From: the human T2T-CHM13v2.0 reference genome, Homo sapiens
DNA length: 64,000 bases
Direction: 5' to 3' (one strand)
Assembly (NCBI RefSeq): GCF_009914755.1
Contig: NC_060929.1
The notes under the pieces were generated by a model. The model was not told the DNA's origin. It ran no database searches and worked only from the letters and a program-made list of their open reading frames with translations. Shown in pieces: positions 28,723-48,322 of this stretch; within the stretch, counting starts at the first letter, position 1, and each line of letters opens with the position of its first letter. A program made the position numbers and the translations under genes.

Positions 28723-30083
28723 CGTATGTATATAGTCATAAAAATATAAACATTGGCTTCTCATTTAATTAAAAAATATACTGTTACTATGTTGGGTTCA
28801 TGGAGAAATGGCAAGTGTGTGGGATGTGCACACTCACACCTGAGAAGTGTAATAAAGCCATATGTTCAACCTCTATCTTAGGAAACCAATGGATGAGTTG
28901 TAACATTTTGGAATCCTAGAAGAGCATTTAAGATCTGGAGTCAAAATCATCATCTTCTAGGAAGCAAGATGAGAAAGAGAAGGGTAGGATGAAGTGGGGA
29001 GCTATTTTTAACTATAAGCCTAGATGTACTATCTGGCCTTTTAAGCTATGTACAGTTATTATTTTGATAAAAATAAAAATAGTAAATTAAAAAACCAAGA
29101 AAGCTAAAAATCACAATGTTCTTTCAATTAATATTAGAATTAACAAAGAATGTTATATTGGATACTTCTTAGGCCTTGGGTTTTAAGCCCTCGGTCTTGC
29201 ATCACCAAATACACTGATAGTAAGGAAGGCTTAACCATTTTATTACCGTATTTTTTAATTATGAAAGCAAAGCAAGTTCACAATTAATTAGTTGAACAAT
29301 TTTTAACCATACGGTATTAAAACTTTAAAGACCCGTGCAGAAATCCAGAAGATGAGGACAGAAACTAAGGTAATATGAAAAGCTGTTAAAAAATATTAAG
29401 AACTTACACATTGAGAAACAGATTTTAGAATACAGAAGAAATTGCTGAATTTTGAGGGGTGAACAGAATGGGTTCTAAGTACAAACATGATAAATATAAT
29501 GACCCCACATTTTTTTTGGATAATCTAATGTAAGGCTTATATATAAGGACTTTGAGAAGCCTACTAACACAGCTGCTATTATGTTTCTGTGTGTAGTTAC
29601 CAATGTCAGTGAACAAACTTACAATACTTATGATGTAAGTTTACTGCTCAATTTGCAGTCTCTTTAATGTAAATTATACCCAAACCCTCAGCAGGCATGT
29701 ATATATAACTTTATAAGTTATATAAAATTATTAGACTTATCTGAGAGAATTTCATTCTGGACAATAAGATATAAATTACTCACGTGGTTTCAGAAAATAA
29801 TTTGTGTATTAAGCTATTTCTGCGAAATTACTGTTGTCTGTTAGTAGCGCTTGGAAAATTTTGTACTGAAATAGAACATTTGGTTTTCTTTTATATTGAA
29901 AATCTCTGCATCTAGTTTTGATACACATTTCTCAAGAGAATTTTAAAAGAATTTTAAAATGATTCAAGTTGTCTCTTCTGGCCATGTGTTCCTTTTTTGT
30001 TTGTTGGCTTATTTTTAATTGACACCCATTGGAAAAAGAAAAATCACTTCAACAGATACTTATTAGAGAAACTCATTATGTAA

Positions 30084-30426
<343 letters not shown>

Positions 30427-32344
30427 AAGAGAAAATCTTAGAAAATGTGTTTCATCATACTGTCTCCACACAAAATGCATTTAAAATTCTCATGATAGAA
30501 TTTTAATCAAAATTAGAGTAGTTTATTAGGGAGAGAGTGGAAGACTATATCCTTTTTGAGTCCCTAATGCTTTCTTTTGCAATGTTTGGTACATTTATGT
30601 AATGCATGTCTCAAAAAAAAAAAAAACCCCATAACATGGTAAATGAAACAAGCAAGTTGTAAAATGATGCATGAGTATAAAAATATAACAATAATAAATA
30701 CATTAATAAATTTGTATTTGTGTGTAAGATGTTAAATAACTTGGAGGATATACAGCAAATTCATGATTTGGGATTAGGGGAAAAGTTACTTTCAATGAAA
30801 TTGTGAGTAACAGTGAAATGGAACTATAAGTTTCCTGTAATGTTTTATCCCCTATATTATGTATAAAAAAGTATATATGGCTTAATGAAAATAGTTACTA
30901 ATCCTGGCTTGTGGGAACATGGGTACTATGTTATTGTCTGTACTACCTTGTATTTTTAAATATTTTAAAAAAATAAAAATTAGAGCCCATTTTAAATATT
31001 TATTCTCCACCTTGAAGGAATTAGATTAATTTTTTTTTTTTACTATGTAAAATTTAATCCTTAAATTGTTTGGAAATGCTCTGTGTACAGGAGATATATG
31101 TTATAACAAGAAATTACAATGGTGAGTGTTCTGATATAAAGAACATTTTAAGCAAGTAGTAATGCTACCTACGGGATCACCAGGAAAATTGTATGTTACA
31201 TTTAGTTTTCTTTTGAATCACACTTTAATTAGAGAAAGAAAAATAGTTTAGAGCATATTTTCTGGCATTGAAGCACTGGAAAGAAAATTGCTATGTGTAG
31301 CACACATTTCAATGATGTGGCTTTCCATAATTTTGGGCATCTATTGATTCTTTGAATAGATAAAATAAGTGCTGTAAGAAACTGTGAGTACCTGTGTCAA
31401 AGAGCTATTGCTCAGGGCAGAGAATAGTGCCAGATCTCCACTTGTTCAACTACCAACTCTGCCAGTGATTAAGAGAATGAGGTAAGAAATATAGCCAAAA
31501 ATGTAATTATTACATTTTACTGAGAATTTTGAATTGTGTTAAAGACATCATGATATTTGAAACTAGGCTCAAAAAATAATTGCAGGATTGTGGTAATGCA
31601 AATTAATACCCAGGCTGGGAAAACATTATTTAGAAAGAAAGAACAGAAAATTCTTACCCCTAAATTATGTTTTCAGATTATATACTTCATATGAATAGTT
31701 CAGACTCAAGGTCTTTCTCTTCCAGTAAAGTAATTAGCTAGTTCACCCTCTCATTGTAGACAACAAAAATGCCAGAAGAATTTCTTGTTAAAAATGCCAA
31801 AAACGTATTTACATATCTCAAGATTTTGGACATTTTTGGAGACATTTGCCAATTCATATGAGGTGGCTGAGAATTTGAGCTTTTGGAAAATTTACAGGGC
31901 TGGATGGACTGAACTGAGAAATCAGAGTCCATTTATACCAGAGCTGCAAAATGATGTACCCTAAAAGTAAGACTATTCTCAAAATTACCTAATTTTTGAA
32001 AGGACTGATTCTCAGCTTTATGCCATTTCAGTAATTTGGAAAATCTAAACTCTTGACAAAGATTATAAGAATTCTGAATTTCTAGTTCTTCCGTAACAAG
32101 AAGCCAAAAAAAAAAAAAAAAAGACAACCAAAACAAAACTCTCAAGACTCAACTTTGAATAAAGGTAACATCATTCTTAACCTCAAAATATTTCTACAAA
32201 AAAATTTTCAAATGCAGTATCCAACACACCATCACAAATAAAAAAGGAACAGAAAGACCAAAAAAGCCATGGGATAAAAAAAGGCTGTTTTTTTTTTTTC
32301 ATTATTTATTAATAAAAGAAAAGAACAAGAGTGTATGACTTTCA

Positions 32345-32638
32345 GGCCGGGCGCTGTGGCTCACACCTGTAATCCCAGCATTTTGGGAGGTCGAGGTGGG
32401 TGGATCCCTTGAGGCCTGGAGCTCGAGAGCAGCCTGGGCAACATGGTGAAACCCTGTCTCTACTAGAAATACAAAAATTAGCCGGGTATGATGGCTCACA
32501 CTTGTAATCCCTGCTACTTCCGAGGCTGAGGCAGGAAAATTGCTTGAACCCGGAGGCAGAGGTTTCAGTGAGCAGAGACTGCGCTACTGCACTCCAGTCT
32601 GGGCAACAAAACGAGACTCCGTATCAAAAAAAAAAAAA
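32345..32638 (+). mobile_element. Alu
   Basis: Full dimer with A tail. Confidence 0.95.
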
Positions 32639-33040
32639 TAGAGTCTATAATTTCCAATATATCAGAGGGAACAATTGAATGACACATTTTTTCTGAAGGC
32701 TACAGGTGAAAGACAAAAGCAACTCATCAGGAAGGACAAATAAAAAGCATATAAAATGTTGGCTTTAAACATAAAATAAAATATGTCAATCATTACATTA
32801 AATTTCGATGAAATAGATATTCCAGTATAAAACAAAGATGACCAAACTGAAGAACTAGATAAATCACTTCTTAAAAAAGTGTTAATCTTGTTGAAATGTT
32901 TTAATAGACTTAAAATATAATAAATTATTGGTAAGTAAAAAAAATCAAAGAAAGCAGATAAAAATAACCATAATCAGGAACAAAAAAGTAAACATTGCTA
33001 TAAATCCTCTAGAGTGACCTTAAAAATATAATAGAAAGTT

Positions 33041-33245
33041 GCCAGGCGCAGTGGCTCACGCCTGTAATCCCAGCACTTTGGGAGGCTGAGGCGGGTGGAT
33101 CACGAGGTCAGGAGATCGAGACCATCCTGGCTAACAGGGTGAAACCCCGTCTCTACTAAAAATACAAAAAATTAGCCGGGCATGGTGGCAGGTGCCTGTA
33201 GTCCCAGCTACTCGGGAGGCTGAGGCAGGAGAATAGGTGTGAACC
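33041..33245 (+). mobile_element. AluY-like element lacking its 3' end, followed by (TG)/(TA)n
   Basis: gagatcgagaccatcctggctaac diagnostic; TSD atagaaagtt at 33031-33040 and 33292-33301. Confidence 0.92.
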
Positions 33246-33252
33246 TATTTTA

Positions 33253-33297
<45 letters not shown>

Positions 33298-33325
33298 AGT
33301 TATAAACAAACCTTATGCTAAAAAA

Positions 33326-33950
<625 letters not shown>

Positions 33951-34986
33951 TTATTTGACAATTTCTAGCAATCCATACCATACCAAAATTGTTACAAAAG
34001 GAAGTAGATAACCTGAATGCTACTATACTTACTAAAGAAATTGAATCAGAAATTAAAATGTTCACAATGAAAATCTCAAGGCCAGTTGCCATCAATACCA
34101 GTTTCTGACATATGTGCAAAATGATAAAACAAAAACAAAAACAGTTTCTCACAAACTCTTCCAAAGAACGAAAACAGAAAAGGAACACTTTTTTCCCTCA
34201 TTTTATCAAGGTAGCAACACTTTGACAATAAAACACAGAAAGGTGAGGACAAGGAAAAACCTGCTAGGTAATCTTAGTTATAGCCATGCATGCTAAACTA
34301 TTAAGCAAAATAAAGAAAGCCTTATCTATAAAAAATAAAACATACTCATTTGGGGCATTCATGCTCATTTGGGAAATTTCTGGTTCATTTAACGTTTGAA
34401 AAATCAATAAATATAATTTGCCACATCACAGAATAAAGAATAAAACTCACATTATCTCAACAGATTAAAAAAAAAACTGATTAAATTCAGACTCTATTCA
34501 CAATAAAAGGAGAAAAAAGTGAACTAGGAAAAGAAGAGAACTTCCTTAGGCATTTAAAAATTAAAAAGTTACTTACAAAAACTCTACAGAAGATGCATGC
34601 TTAGTATTCAAACTCTTCATATTGAAATATTTCCCCTCAGTGCTAGCCTAAAGAGACAGATTCCCACAATCATCACAGCCACTCACTTTTTTCCTGTAAG
34701 TTCTAGAAAGTGCAATCAGGCAAGAAAAAGACCTACTTTTTATGGATTAAGAGAATATATCAACTTTTTAACAAACTTTCTGACTAAAAGATTAGGTATT
34801 ATATATATGGACTACTCCATTGTAATTAAAACTGATGAATTATAGCTCCGTGTGACACGGAGATGAATTTTAAAAATCTATAGAGTTCAAAACAAAGATA
34901 AACATTAACGTTTCAAAAATGCATACCCACCTAGCAGAACTATAAAAGGGAAAGTGAGAAAATAAAATCAAAAGAATATTGGTTCA

Positions 34987-35641
<655 letters not shown>

Positions 35642-35832
35642 TTATGCTTGCTATTTTCTAAAATAAAATTTAAAAAGATAGCTTGAACTCCAGGAAATTT
35701 GGAATGGCAGTATGGAAGTGTCCAGAAATTTTTTTAAAGTCAGTCACATTTCACAATCGAAAAGTGCTTGATTGATTCGTTGTATGAAAAGTGTTTTACA
35801 AACTGTTTCCCTCACTTAATTTTTTAAAAATT

Positions 35833-36140
<308 letters not shown>

Positions 36141-36531
36141 ATTATTTGTTCCCCTGCTTTAAGCTCCAAATACAAAAGGAATAAGAAATGTTCAAAGCTT
36201 TTTACTTTGTTTTGGGATTTTATGACTCATAGTTAAAAGATTAGTTGAACAAATACCTTTGCACCTTATGGAAACATAGCTTGAGTTAAGTTTGCATCAT
36301 CTGGGGAAAAAACGGAAAGACAGATACTCATGCATTGGTTAGACATAATTGTATATATTTTCATGATTTCTATAACTAAGTTTAAACACGTGTATGTCCT
36401 TCAAAGAGTATGTTTACTGCTAAATTGTGGTGGGTTTTTTTTCACTCTCGTCCCCACCCCTAAATTGTGCTTTGGTTTTAAAAGTGGGTAAGTTCAAAAT
36501 AAATAGCTGTAGCTATTATTCTAAAACTCTC

Positions 36532-36687
36532 GGCTGGGCACAGTGGCTCATGCCTATAATCCTAGCACTTTGGGAAGCTGAGGCGGGTGGACCACTTGAT
36601 CCCAGGAGTTTGAGCAGCCTTGGCAACGTAGTGAGAAGTCGTCTCTATAAAAAATAAAAATAAAAAAGTAAACAAAAAAATAAATAA
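36532..36687 (+). mobile_element. Alu monomer (FLAM-like)
   Basis: Left-monomer sequence followed directly by an A-rich tail. Confidence 0.85.
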
Positions 36688-38094
36688 AGGGCTAATTCTA
36701 TTGGGTTTTTTATGAATTTTAAAAACAATGTCAACAAATGTATTGATACTGCACTTTGCAACTTACAGTATTTTTGTCTTCCAAACCATCATAAAAATGC
36801 AATAGTGAGGCATTAATAAAACTGTATTTATTCTTGAAAATAGGAGGTACAGCTTTACTTTTGACTGAATTTGAGAGATGTGTGTACTGTGACTATATAG
36901 TAGCTACACAAAAGTCATTAGTCTGTATTTAAAGAAGGATCAATATCTAATTCCTAGATGAAAGCACCTTTTTTGAAGATGTGGTAGAAGATGTCAAATC
37001 TAGTTAACTTGATGTATTATAAGCTTATCAAAAATATAATGAATGACAGCTTCAAACTATTTTTTATGATTACCACTCACAGGTGGCTAAAGTTTCATTA
37101 AAAGTATCATTTATAGAGTAGTAAAATCTTTAGTTATTTGAGGAGCAGTGAACAAATCTATTGAAATTCATGACACTGCAGTCACTCAGGAAAATATTAG
37201 GGAGTTTTCTAAAATATAGGGACTTGTGAAAAATATTATTTCTTTCCTTTAGAAATTATTTGGTAACAATTATTTTAAATCAAACGTTAGCTTTCATAGG
37301 AAGAGCATCAGAGAAAAGAGATTACTTTAGAAATTTGCCCATCATGTTCTGAAAGTTTAAACAAAATGATTTTCATGATATTTAATGTCTTAACATGTTG
37401 TGAATTATGTGAATGATTCTTTTTTTGTTTATTGCCATCATTATCCACAACTGCTTTATCTTTTAAAATTAGATTTTCCCACCATATAGAATGTTCTAGT
37501 TGTTGGCACTGGTATAAAATAGCTACATTTCCAGATTCAGAAAGAACTATTATAGAATTCTAATTTGATATACAAAGGCAATTTTGGAATTCTAAATTAG
37601 GAGCAAAATATTTAGTGTATAAAACATATCATTGGCAATGTTATGCAATGAGGTTTTGCCAGAGCACCATAGACACAACTTAGATTTTCCCTAGGAATCA
37701 AGCACATTTACTGTTTTAATCATACATAATTAATAAGTATCCTCTAGATCTGCCTTAATATATTCCTAGAACACAGATTTTGATTTTAAAATCATAGTTC
37801 TTATTTGGGATTTGCATACTTCATTAATTGCATTTTATTTCATTAAAAAACAACACTTGCAACAAAACTAATTAAGAACAAATTGGATTTTTATTATGGC
37901 CATCAAATTGTATGAACTTCTGTAAGAAAATACTTGCATGGTTTAAAGGAGGAATAAAATTATCTTTTTAGAGTTAACTGTATATCTTAGGAATTTGATA
38001 TCAAAAATGCATTTAATCTAGATCACTAATTGCATGCATTCTAAGAGTTTTAAAATTAATTTAAATTTATGTTTTATGATATGTTAATCCAGGT

Positions 38095-38710
38095 TAGTTC
38101 ATTCCCCAAATATTTATTGTGTATATTTTATGGGCCACGTAGTTTTCTAGATATTGGAAGTACAGCTGTGAAGATGATATTTAGGTTGACTCTTCCCATA
38201 GAGTTCTGGTAGAGAGAAAAAAACAAAGGTGATCACTTTGGACTATGGTAAGCTCTATGATAAAAATGACTTGCACTGACAATGCCTGTAGGTATGCTTC
38301 TTTAGATATTATAGTTAAGTCCCCTTTCAGATGTGACAATTATGTGAGCTGAAACCTGTATTGAAAGAAGCTATATCCATATCAAGGTCTAGAGAAAGCT
38401 TTCCAGGCAGAGGGAATGGTGAGTGCAAAAATCATAAAGTAAGACTAATTCTGGCATTTCTGAGAACAAATTATAAGGCCAATGTTATTGAATCCTAAAG
38501 AGCAAGAAGGAGAATGCTAGGATACAAGATGTAGGAAGTAGACAAGGACTAGTCTGCAAAGAACTCTTGTGATATGGGAACAAGTTTGAATTGTAGACTC
38601 TATATAATGGGAAGGGAATCATATGATCTGAGTGATATTTCACATGTTCATAGGTTTTGTACAGAGAATGAATCACAGATAACAGTTACAGGCCATTACT
38701 CTGGTTTAGG
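38095..38710 (-). mobile_element. L2 3' portion
   Basis: ttcattccccaaatatttattg and ttccaggcagagggaatggtgagtgcaaa, antisense L2 motifs. Confidence 0.8.
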
Positions 38711-39971
38711 AAAAATATGTTTGCAATAACTATAAATGCTCCAGTTGTTTAAAATTATGTTTGCTAGTGGCTGTTCATCTGGGAAAACATTCTTGGGAGA
38801 AAGATCAATTTGAATCATTTTTTAAAAAAGTTTCAAATGGTTTGAATGATATTTCTAATGTATGTCCTATGGAATCTTTTGACATTAGTTTTTCAGCTTG
38901 ATATAATAAAGCAAAAAGTAAATGACATCCAAATATATTTTCCCAATCTTTCTATGAGAAATAATGGCTTAAAGGAAACTTTAGTATAGGCTAAAGAGTT
39001 TTATATTTGACTTATTTCAGAGTGAGTCACAGGCTCTTTAAAGAAAAAAATACATAGAAATATTTGAAACATATTTTTTGTTTTATTCAAATATAAGCTA
39101 TCTCTCCCTTTCTTAGCTAGGGCAAACTACTAATTTTCCTAACCCTTAGCCAATGCATTCTCAACTCTGTAATTGATTAGATAGAGCTCCTAACAGTTTT
39201 TTGAGGAAACCTTTTTGCAAAGAGTGTTAACATGTGTGCTCCAAATAGAGGCTCGTATACCCACTTATGTTCAATTAGTTGAGCCTTTAATGAGATAATC
39301 TACAGCTTTGCATAATTTTAAAAGCAAGAAGAATTTCCCATTTTTACTTGCATATGAGACAGTTTTTCCTTCCCAACAGTTTTGTACCCAAGTGTACCCA
39401 GCAGGGAACCATTTGAGAAGGCACATGATTCAAATAATTAATTTAGGCATGGCCCTCTTTATGGACACTGAGCTTTAATTATTCTTAGATTTTTACAGGT
39501 ATTGAGTGGCCCTTATAAACCTAGCTAACATACATACATTACGTGTGTCTCTGTGTGTGTTTGTGTCCATTTTCTTCACTAGGCTTTATATAAACTATTT
39601 GTAGTTACTTGAAGAACAGACTTCTCATTTTTGCTCAGTAGGAAACACAAACTACAAATTTTCATTATTCTATAGCAGACATGCTATCAGCATGCTTCTA
39701 TTAGTTCTTCTCAATCTAAATTGTGAAACCTGGTATGCTAAATAAATAATCAAAATGCTCCTATATGGATCTTCCCTGCATGGGGTTAGTATAATGACTG
39801 CTTTGGCGCTTCCTTGATTATCTGGTTGCTGTGAGACTTTTCCCTTTGGGCTGCTGGGATTGACTAATAGTGGTTCAGGAGAGTTTAGGTTCAGCCTTGC
39901 TTCACAATAGGAGGCTGGTTAAAGGTATCTTTCTGGTCTTAGGAGGCATGATTACTTTTAAGAATTATTTA

Positions 39972-40265
39972 TTTAGTTAGTTATTTGAGATGGAATTTCG
40001 CTCTGTCACCAGGCTGGTGTGCGGTGGTCCAGTCTTGGCTCACAGCAACCTCCACCTTCAGGGTTCAAGCAATCCTCTTGCCTCAGCCTCCTGAGTAGCT
40101 GGGACTACAGGAACGTGCCACCACGCCTAGCTGATTTTTGTATTTTTAGTAGGGATGGGGTTTCACCATGTTGGCCAGGAGGGTCTTGATCTCCAGACTT
40201 CATGATCTGCCCACCTCAGCCTCCCAAAGTGCTGGGATTACAGGTATGAGCCACTGCACCCGGCC
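39972..40265 (-). mobile_element. Alu (AluSc-like)
   Basis: gtcaccaggctgg single-base deletion diagnostic; TSD aagaat(t/a)att. Confidence 0.93.
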
Positions 40266-42435
40266 AAGAATAATTTCTTAACTATTTACTGTGCTAATTT
40301 GCCTTACTATTGTGCAATTTTACTTATACCATTATTTTATACAACGTCCACATTATTCTGGAATATAAAATATTTTTTAAAATTACTGCCACAACATATA
40401 ACTAGCATGATTACTCATTCATCAAGAAATTCAATCTTTTCTATGATTTATAAATAAATAATTGCACAAATGAATAATCAATGGGTAATCAACCAATAGA
40501 TTAACAATTATTAATTGAGGACTATTTGGTATTGGATTCCTTTTTAGGGTTCACTGAAGGAAAAAGAGTATGATACAGTCAAGCAATGAGTGAAGCTGGG
40601 AGCTTATGAAAAACTAAACGTTTGAAAATATATTGAATACAGTTGTCATGATTTTCAAATAACACTTTTTAAAAATTAAGTTTTAAACTTCCCCTCGTGA
40701 CATTTTTTCTTCGTTGGGTAATTTCCCGCCCCCCCGCCCCGCCTTTGGTGTGTATGGTGGGGGAGGGGCTTAGTTTTCTACTTGGTTTCAGAAAAAATTC
40801 ATTCAAAATTTACTGTTCACCTCCAACTAAATGCTGGTGAAACTCAACTCCTTCTAGACACATATTGGGAGATATAATTTCTTAATTTTATTATATTTAG
40901 AAAAAGAGATAAACAAAGAGGAATGCTTATTCTAGACAGAATTTAGACATTAACTTAGCACCCATCGATGGCCTTTTCATGGATGTTTGTTTTGTTTTTG
41001 ACTTTCAACCATAAAAAAGCAACACAGGAATATTGTTGAACTTTCATTTTGGCCTTTTCCTTTATTAAGCTCTAATCTTCTTTTAAAAATTCTAAGTAAA
41101 GTATATCATGTTATGTTTGGCTTGCTTTATTTTTTTCATTTTCAGATTTTCAGTCTAGTGCTAAAATACTTTTCATTTTATCTAACAAAGAAAATCACTT
41201 ATAAGAAGAAAGTGAAATAATCTTTTAAAACAGCATTTAACAACATACGCTCTGCCTCTTCCTATTACCAAAATCACTGGTGTTGGATGTCCCTTCTTGG
41301 TGTGATGCCTTATCTTATTGTATTAGTCTTCACTGTCTCTCTTTTTCCTGAGTGCACCTTTCAAAATTATGACATGTTAATCACAGACATTAGAGAGGGG
41401 AATGATCCATTACTGTAGGTCATCTAATACCCTCAGAGGCCAATCGTCCTTGCTCTATTATCCAGTGCTTTTCACAGGTTATTTTAAATAACTACAGAAA
41501 TGAAGATTTCCGCATTTCCTTATTATGCAACCAGTTTCCCCCATGGAATTCACTTTGCTTTGATACTCTAACCAGTTGCTAACAAGCAAACTATTTCTTG
41601 ACACATGTAAAATTGCACAGACTTGTAATACCTCCGGCACATTGTGCTCTTTAACACTGTTATTAATATGTTAACAGGTGGAAACTTATTATCATCTGAC
41701 TGCTTGGAGTGTGAAATGTCTTATACTCATTTCATTTTAAATTCTTTGTAGTTTATGGTTACACTTGATTAAAGGTGGTAGTGTGAGCACTTGCAGTTGT
41801 TTTAATTCAAGATAAAAATGCTGAGGACTACATTCAGAAATATATTAGATATTGATTCTCACATATCTTTAGCACTTGTCTAATCTGAATTCAAATGCAA
41901 AAATTTTGAAACAGTATGTGAAAACCAGATTAAAGCATAACCAAACTGTAGTCAAAATTAGTAAAATGAATGCATTGAAAGAGCTATAGAATAGTAACAG
42001 TAAATTACTAGAAGGCAACTTAATATATTAATATATAATGTATCCAAATACAGAAGTTGAGAAAGTTGATGACGGATATCATTCTTTTTGGGTTATAGCT
42101 TAACTTCATTGCTCTGATATTTGCAAGCTAAGTGCATACCAAAGAAGAATGATAACGTTAGGTATATTCATATAAAATAAATATCATGTCTCAAATGTGC
42201 ACAGGCTACATTTTTAAGAATACCTTCTGCTGATGTCTCTTTGTTCCCATAACCCAAAATAAGTGTGTGATAATCAAATACCACCAACAACGGTACTTGG
42301 AAATAAAATATAGTAGTTATCTCCTAAATGTTAAGAGGAAGATTGTCCTTAAGCCATAAAACAGTCCTTATTTTGAATGTGAATGGAAATTGGATACAAT
42401 GTATAACCATTTGAAGCATGCATCTATGATGGTAT

Positions 42436-42982
42436 TGTCGGGGGCAGAGGGCCAAGATTAACTTCTATCCTCTTAGAATTTTCAGCTGGGTCTGTGAATT
42501 AAAATGTCATGAGACAGAATACCAGGAGAAAAGCATACACATGTCTGTAACAGGAGTTTTACATGACACAGGAGCTCTCACAAGAAAATGAAGACTCAAA
42601 AAGGAGTTAAAAGTTGAACCTTTACATAATGAGCTGAACAGAGACTAGCAGATTGTGAAAATGAAACAAGGCCAAGAGGGCTTGGGTTCGTGTAAAGTTA
42701 ATACACGTAGTTAATCATAGAGACCTGACTAGGAAGATGAGGGTTAGTTTCCAAGGCTTGTTTGTACAGACTTTTCTCAGCCTCAATTCCTTGTCCCTGG
42801 TAATAAGAATCTTACTTTCCTCCTGGCATATGGATAACACCTTCTCTATGTGGGTTTTAATTGCCTGATTTCAGGAAGAAAAAAAGGGAAGTCTGAGTGC
42901 CCTTCTTGTACTTGCTGTTTTTCCAAGTACATTTTACTTGAAATAATTTTGTGCCAAAGTGGCAAATTCTGCAACCCTTCCA
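42436..42982 (-). mobile_element. ERV1 solo LTR, MER34-group-like
   Basis: TG...CA ends; caggagaaaagcatac...ttttacatgacacaggagc...aaatgaagac shared with the 22641 LTR. Confidence 0.7.
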
Positions 42983-43626
42983 TGATATCAGTTAATCCAT
43001 GTCTCTTTTCTGGTGTAATAAAATTATGATTCATAGTGGGTCCAACCAAATTTAATTTGATTGACTTATCCTCATACCTGAAGATGGAGCCTAGTTGAGA
43101 GATTATGAGCAAATGCAGCAAGAAGCACATAAAATTCACACTCTAGAAAGGCTAGTCCTCCAGAAGCTACATCTGTTGCTACAGTGAATGTGGCCTCATG
43201 TCCTGAGGTCCTTAGGTCATGCTGTCAAGTTTTCACTCCCAAGATTATGTTACTCTGTCAAGATTTCTCACAGGGGCATTGGTCTGACTGAACTTGAGGT
43301 ATGTGTATGTTGCCTCCATGAGCTTGAGAAAAAGGATAATCTTATTTTGTTGGTTTCTTCAATGGTAAGAATTAAACTACCTCCCACTAAGCCTGTACAG
43401 GATTAGAAATTTCCAAAAGAGAGGTGTGATCATAAAAAATGGGTGAAGGTTAATAGAAATGCTATTAGAGCCAAAAGTGAAAAATAAGCACTGTAAGTAC
43501 CCGTGTGTGTCAGGGATTATGCTAGCTATTAAATGGAACTAAAGAGGAAAAGACACCATCTTTTCCCACATGGGTTGAATAATCTGTCTAATTGTGTTAT
43601 AAAATAACTAATATGGGTTTGAAATA

Positions 43627-46239
<2,613 letters not shown>

Positions 46240-46368
46240 AAATATAATCACAATTTGAAATGTTTAATGATTTTCCTTTCCCTGGATAATATTAAGTGTT
46301 CATAGTCTGGAAAAAATAAGAAAAGCAAGACATTTATCTCAGAAATGTCACAATGATAGTTGTGAAAT

Positions 46369-46520
46369 TGAACCTCAGTTTCTTCCTTTCTAATATATAA
46401 AGAATATTAACATTACGTAACTCATAGAGCTATATGAGGCTAACAGAGGATTAAATGAGGTAATAAAGTTATGGTGCATAGGACATATTTGGAATTTAAC
46501 AAGAGTTCCATGCATGTTAC
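46369..46520 (+). mobile_element. MIR fragment
   Basis: tgaacctcagtttcttc...gaggattaaatgaggtaat, the MIR core. Confidence 0.75.
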
Positions 46521-46829
46521 CTCTTATTCTTTAAACCCTAAAAGGATTTAAAAGTGTTGTTCCAACTACCATTACTATGACCAATATTATTATTAATAAT
46601 AATGGTGATGATAATACTATCATCGTGCATGCACATGCATGCAGCACAGTTGTCATGTGAAGTTATCCAGTCATTTTTCTGAGTTTCAGAAAAAATTTGA
46701 TAATCACTGTTGTAAACAGCTGTTAAACATCAATTTATATGTGGTGAAATATGGGTCATTTGCAATAGACACAGACTGTATTCTTTGCTATCAAATTCAG
46801 TCTATGGATATATCCATATTTTATCAATA

Positions 46830-46992
46830 CTTACGTTTATATTGTTTATTGGCTTATCTTCCCCATTTGCCTCTTCTTTGTGTTATATAAGAACAATAAA
46901 GGTAGGCATATATTTTATCTCATTTGCTATTGGATATCCAGTGTTTGTCAGTGCCTGGCATGTAATAGGTACCAAATAAATTTTTACTGTTG
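46830..46992 (+). mobile_element. L2 3' end
   Basis: atatccagtg...cagtgcctggcatgtaataggtaccaaataaat. Confidence 0.7.
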
Positions 46993-47053
46993 ACAATCAT
47001 ATGGATTCAACAACAAAAGGGGTTCTCTTCTCCTGTCTTTCCTAAAGCTTTAA

Positions 47054-47865
<812 letters not shown>

Positions 47866-48322
47866 TATCTTTGCTTATTCTTATGCACCTCATACTTATA
47901 TTGTTTTAAAATATAAGCTAAATATATCCAATCACCAGTTTTATTCATTTTATACTAGAAATCACTCTTAGAACCTTATCTTTCCACTTTGATTTCCATA
48001 AACGTGGTCCAAGCCCTGAACATCTTTATTTTACACATAGATTTCTGCAATAGCTGTTTTAACTCTAATCCCTGTTACCATCTCTAAGTTATGGTCTACT
48101 TAACACCATAGGAATCTATGCTGTCTTATCAAGAACAGTATCCTCAATGGAATCTTCTCTTCATTCCCTTTCCTTTCCTTAAATTCATTAACAAAGAGTG
48201 GTAGGAAAGCATTACAGGTTGAGAAAGGGCATGGGAGAGCACTTTCTTGTGCACTCTGTAGCCATTATCTCATTTGTTTCTCTTAATAAACCTTTAAGAG
48301 ACCTGCATAACAAATAAATACA

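Noticed and set aside
31091-31127. Plus-strand 31-nt exon candidate cag|GAGAT...CAATG|gtgagt
   Set aside because: Weak pyrimidine tract, not frame-preserving, peptide not recognised.
46625-46643. Tandem TGCATG (RBFOX-like) motifs
   Set aside because: Within a purine-pyrimidine low-complexity patch and no supported exon nearby.
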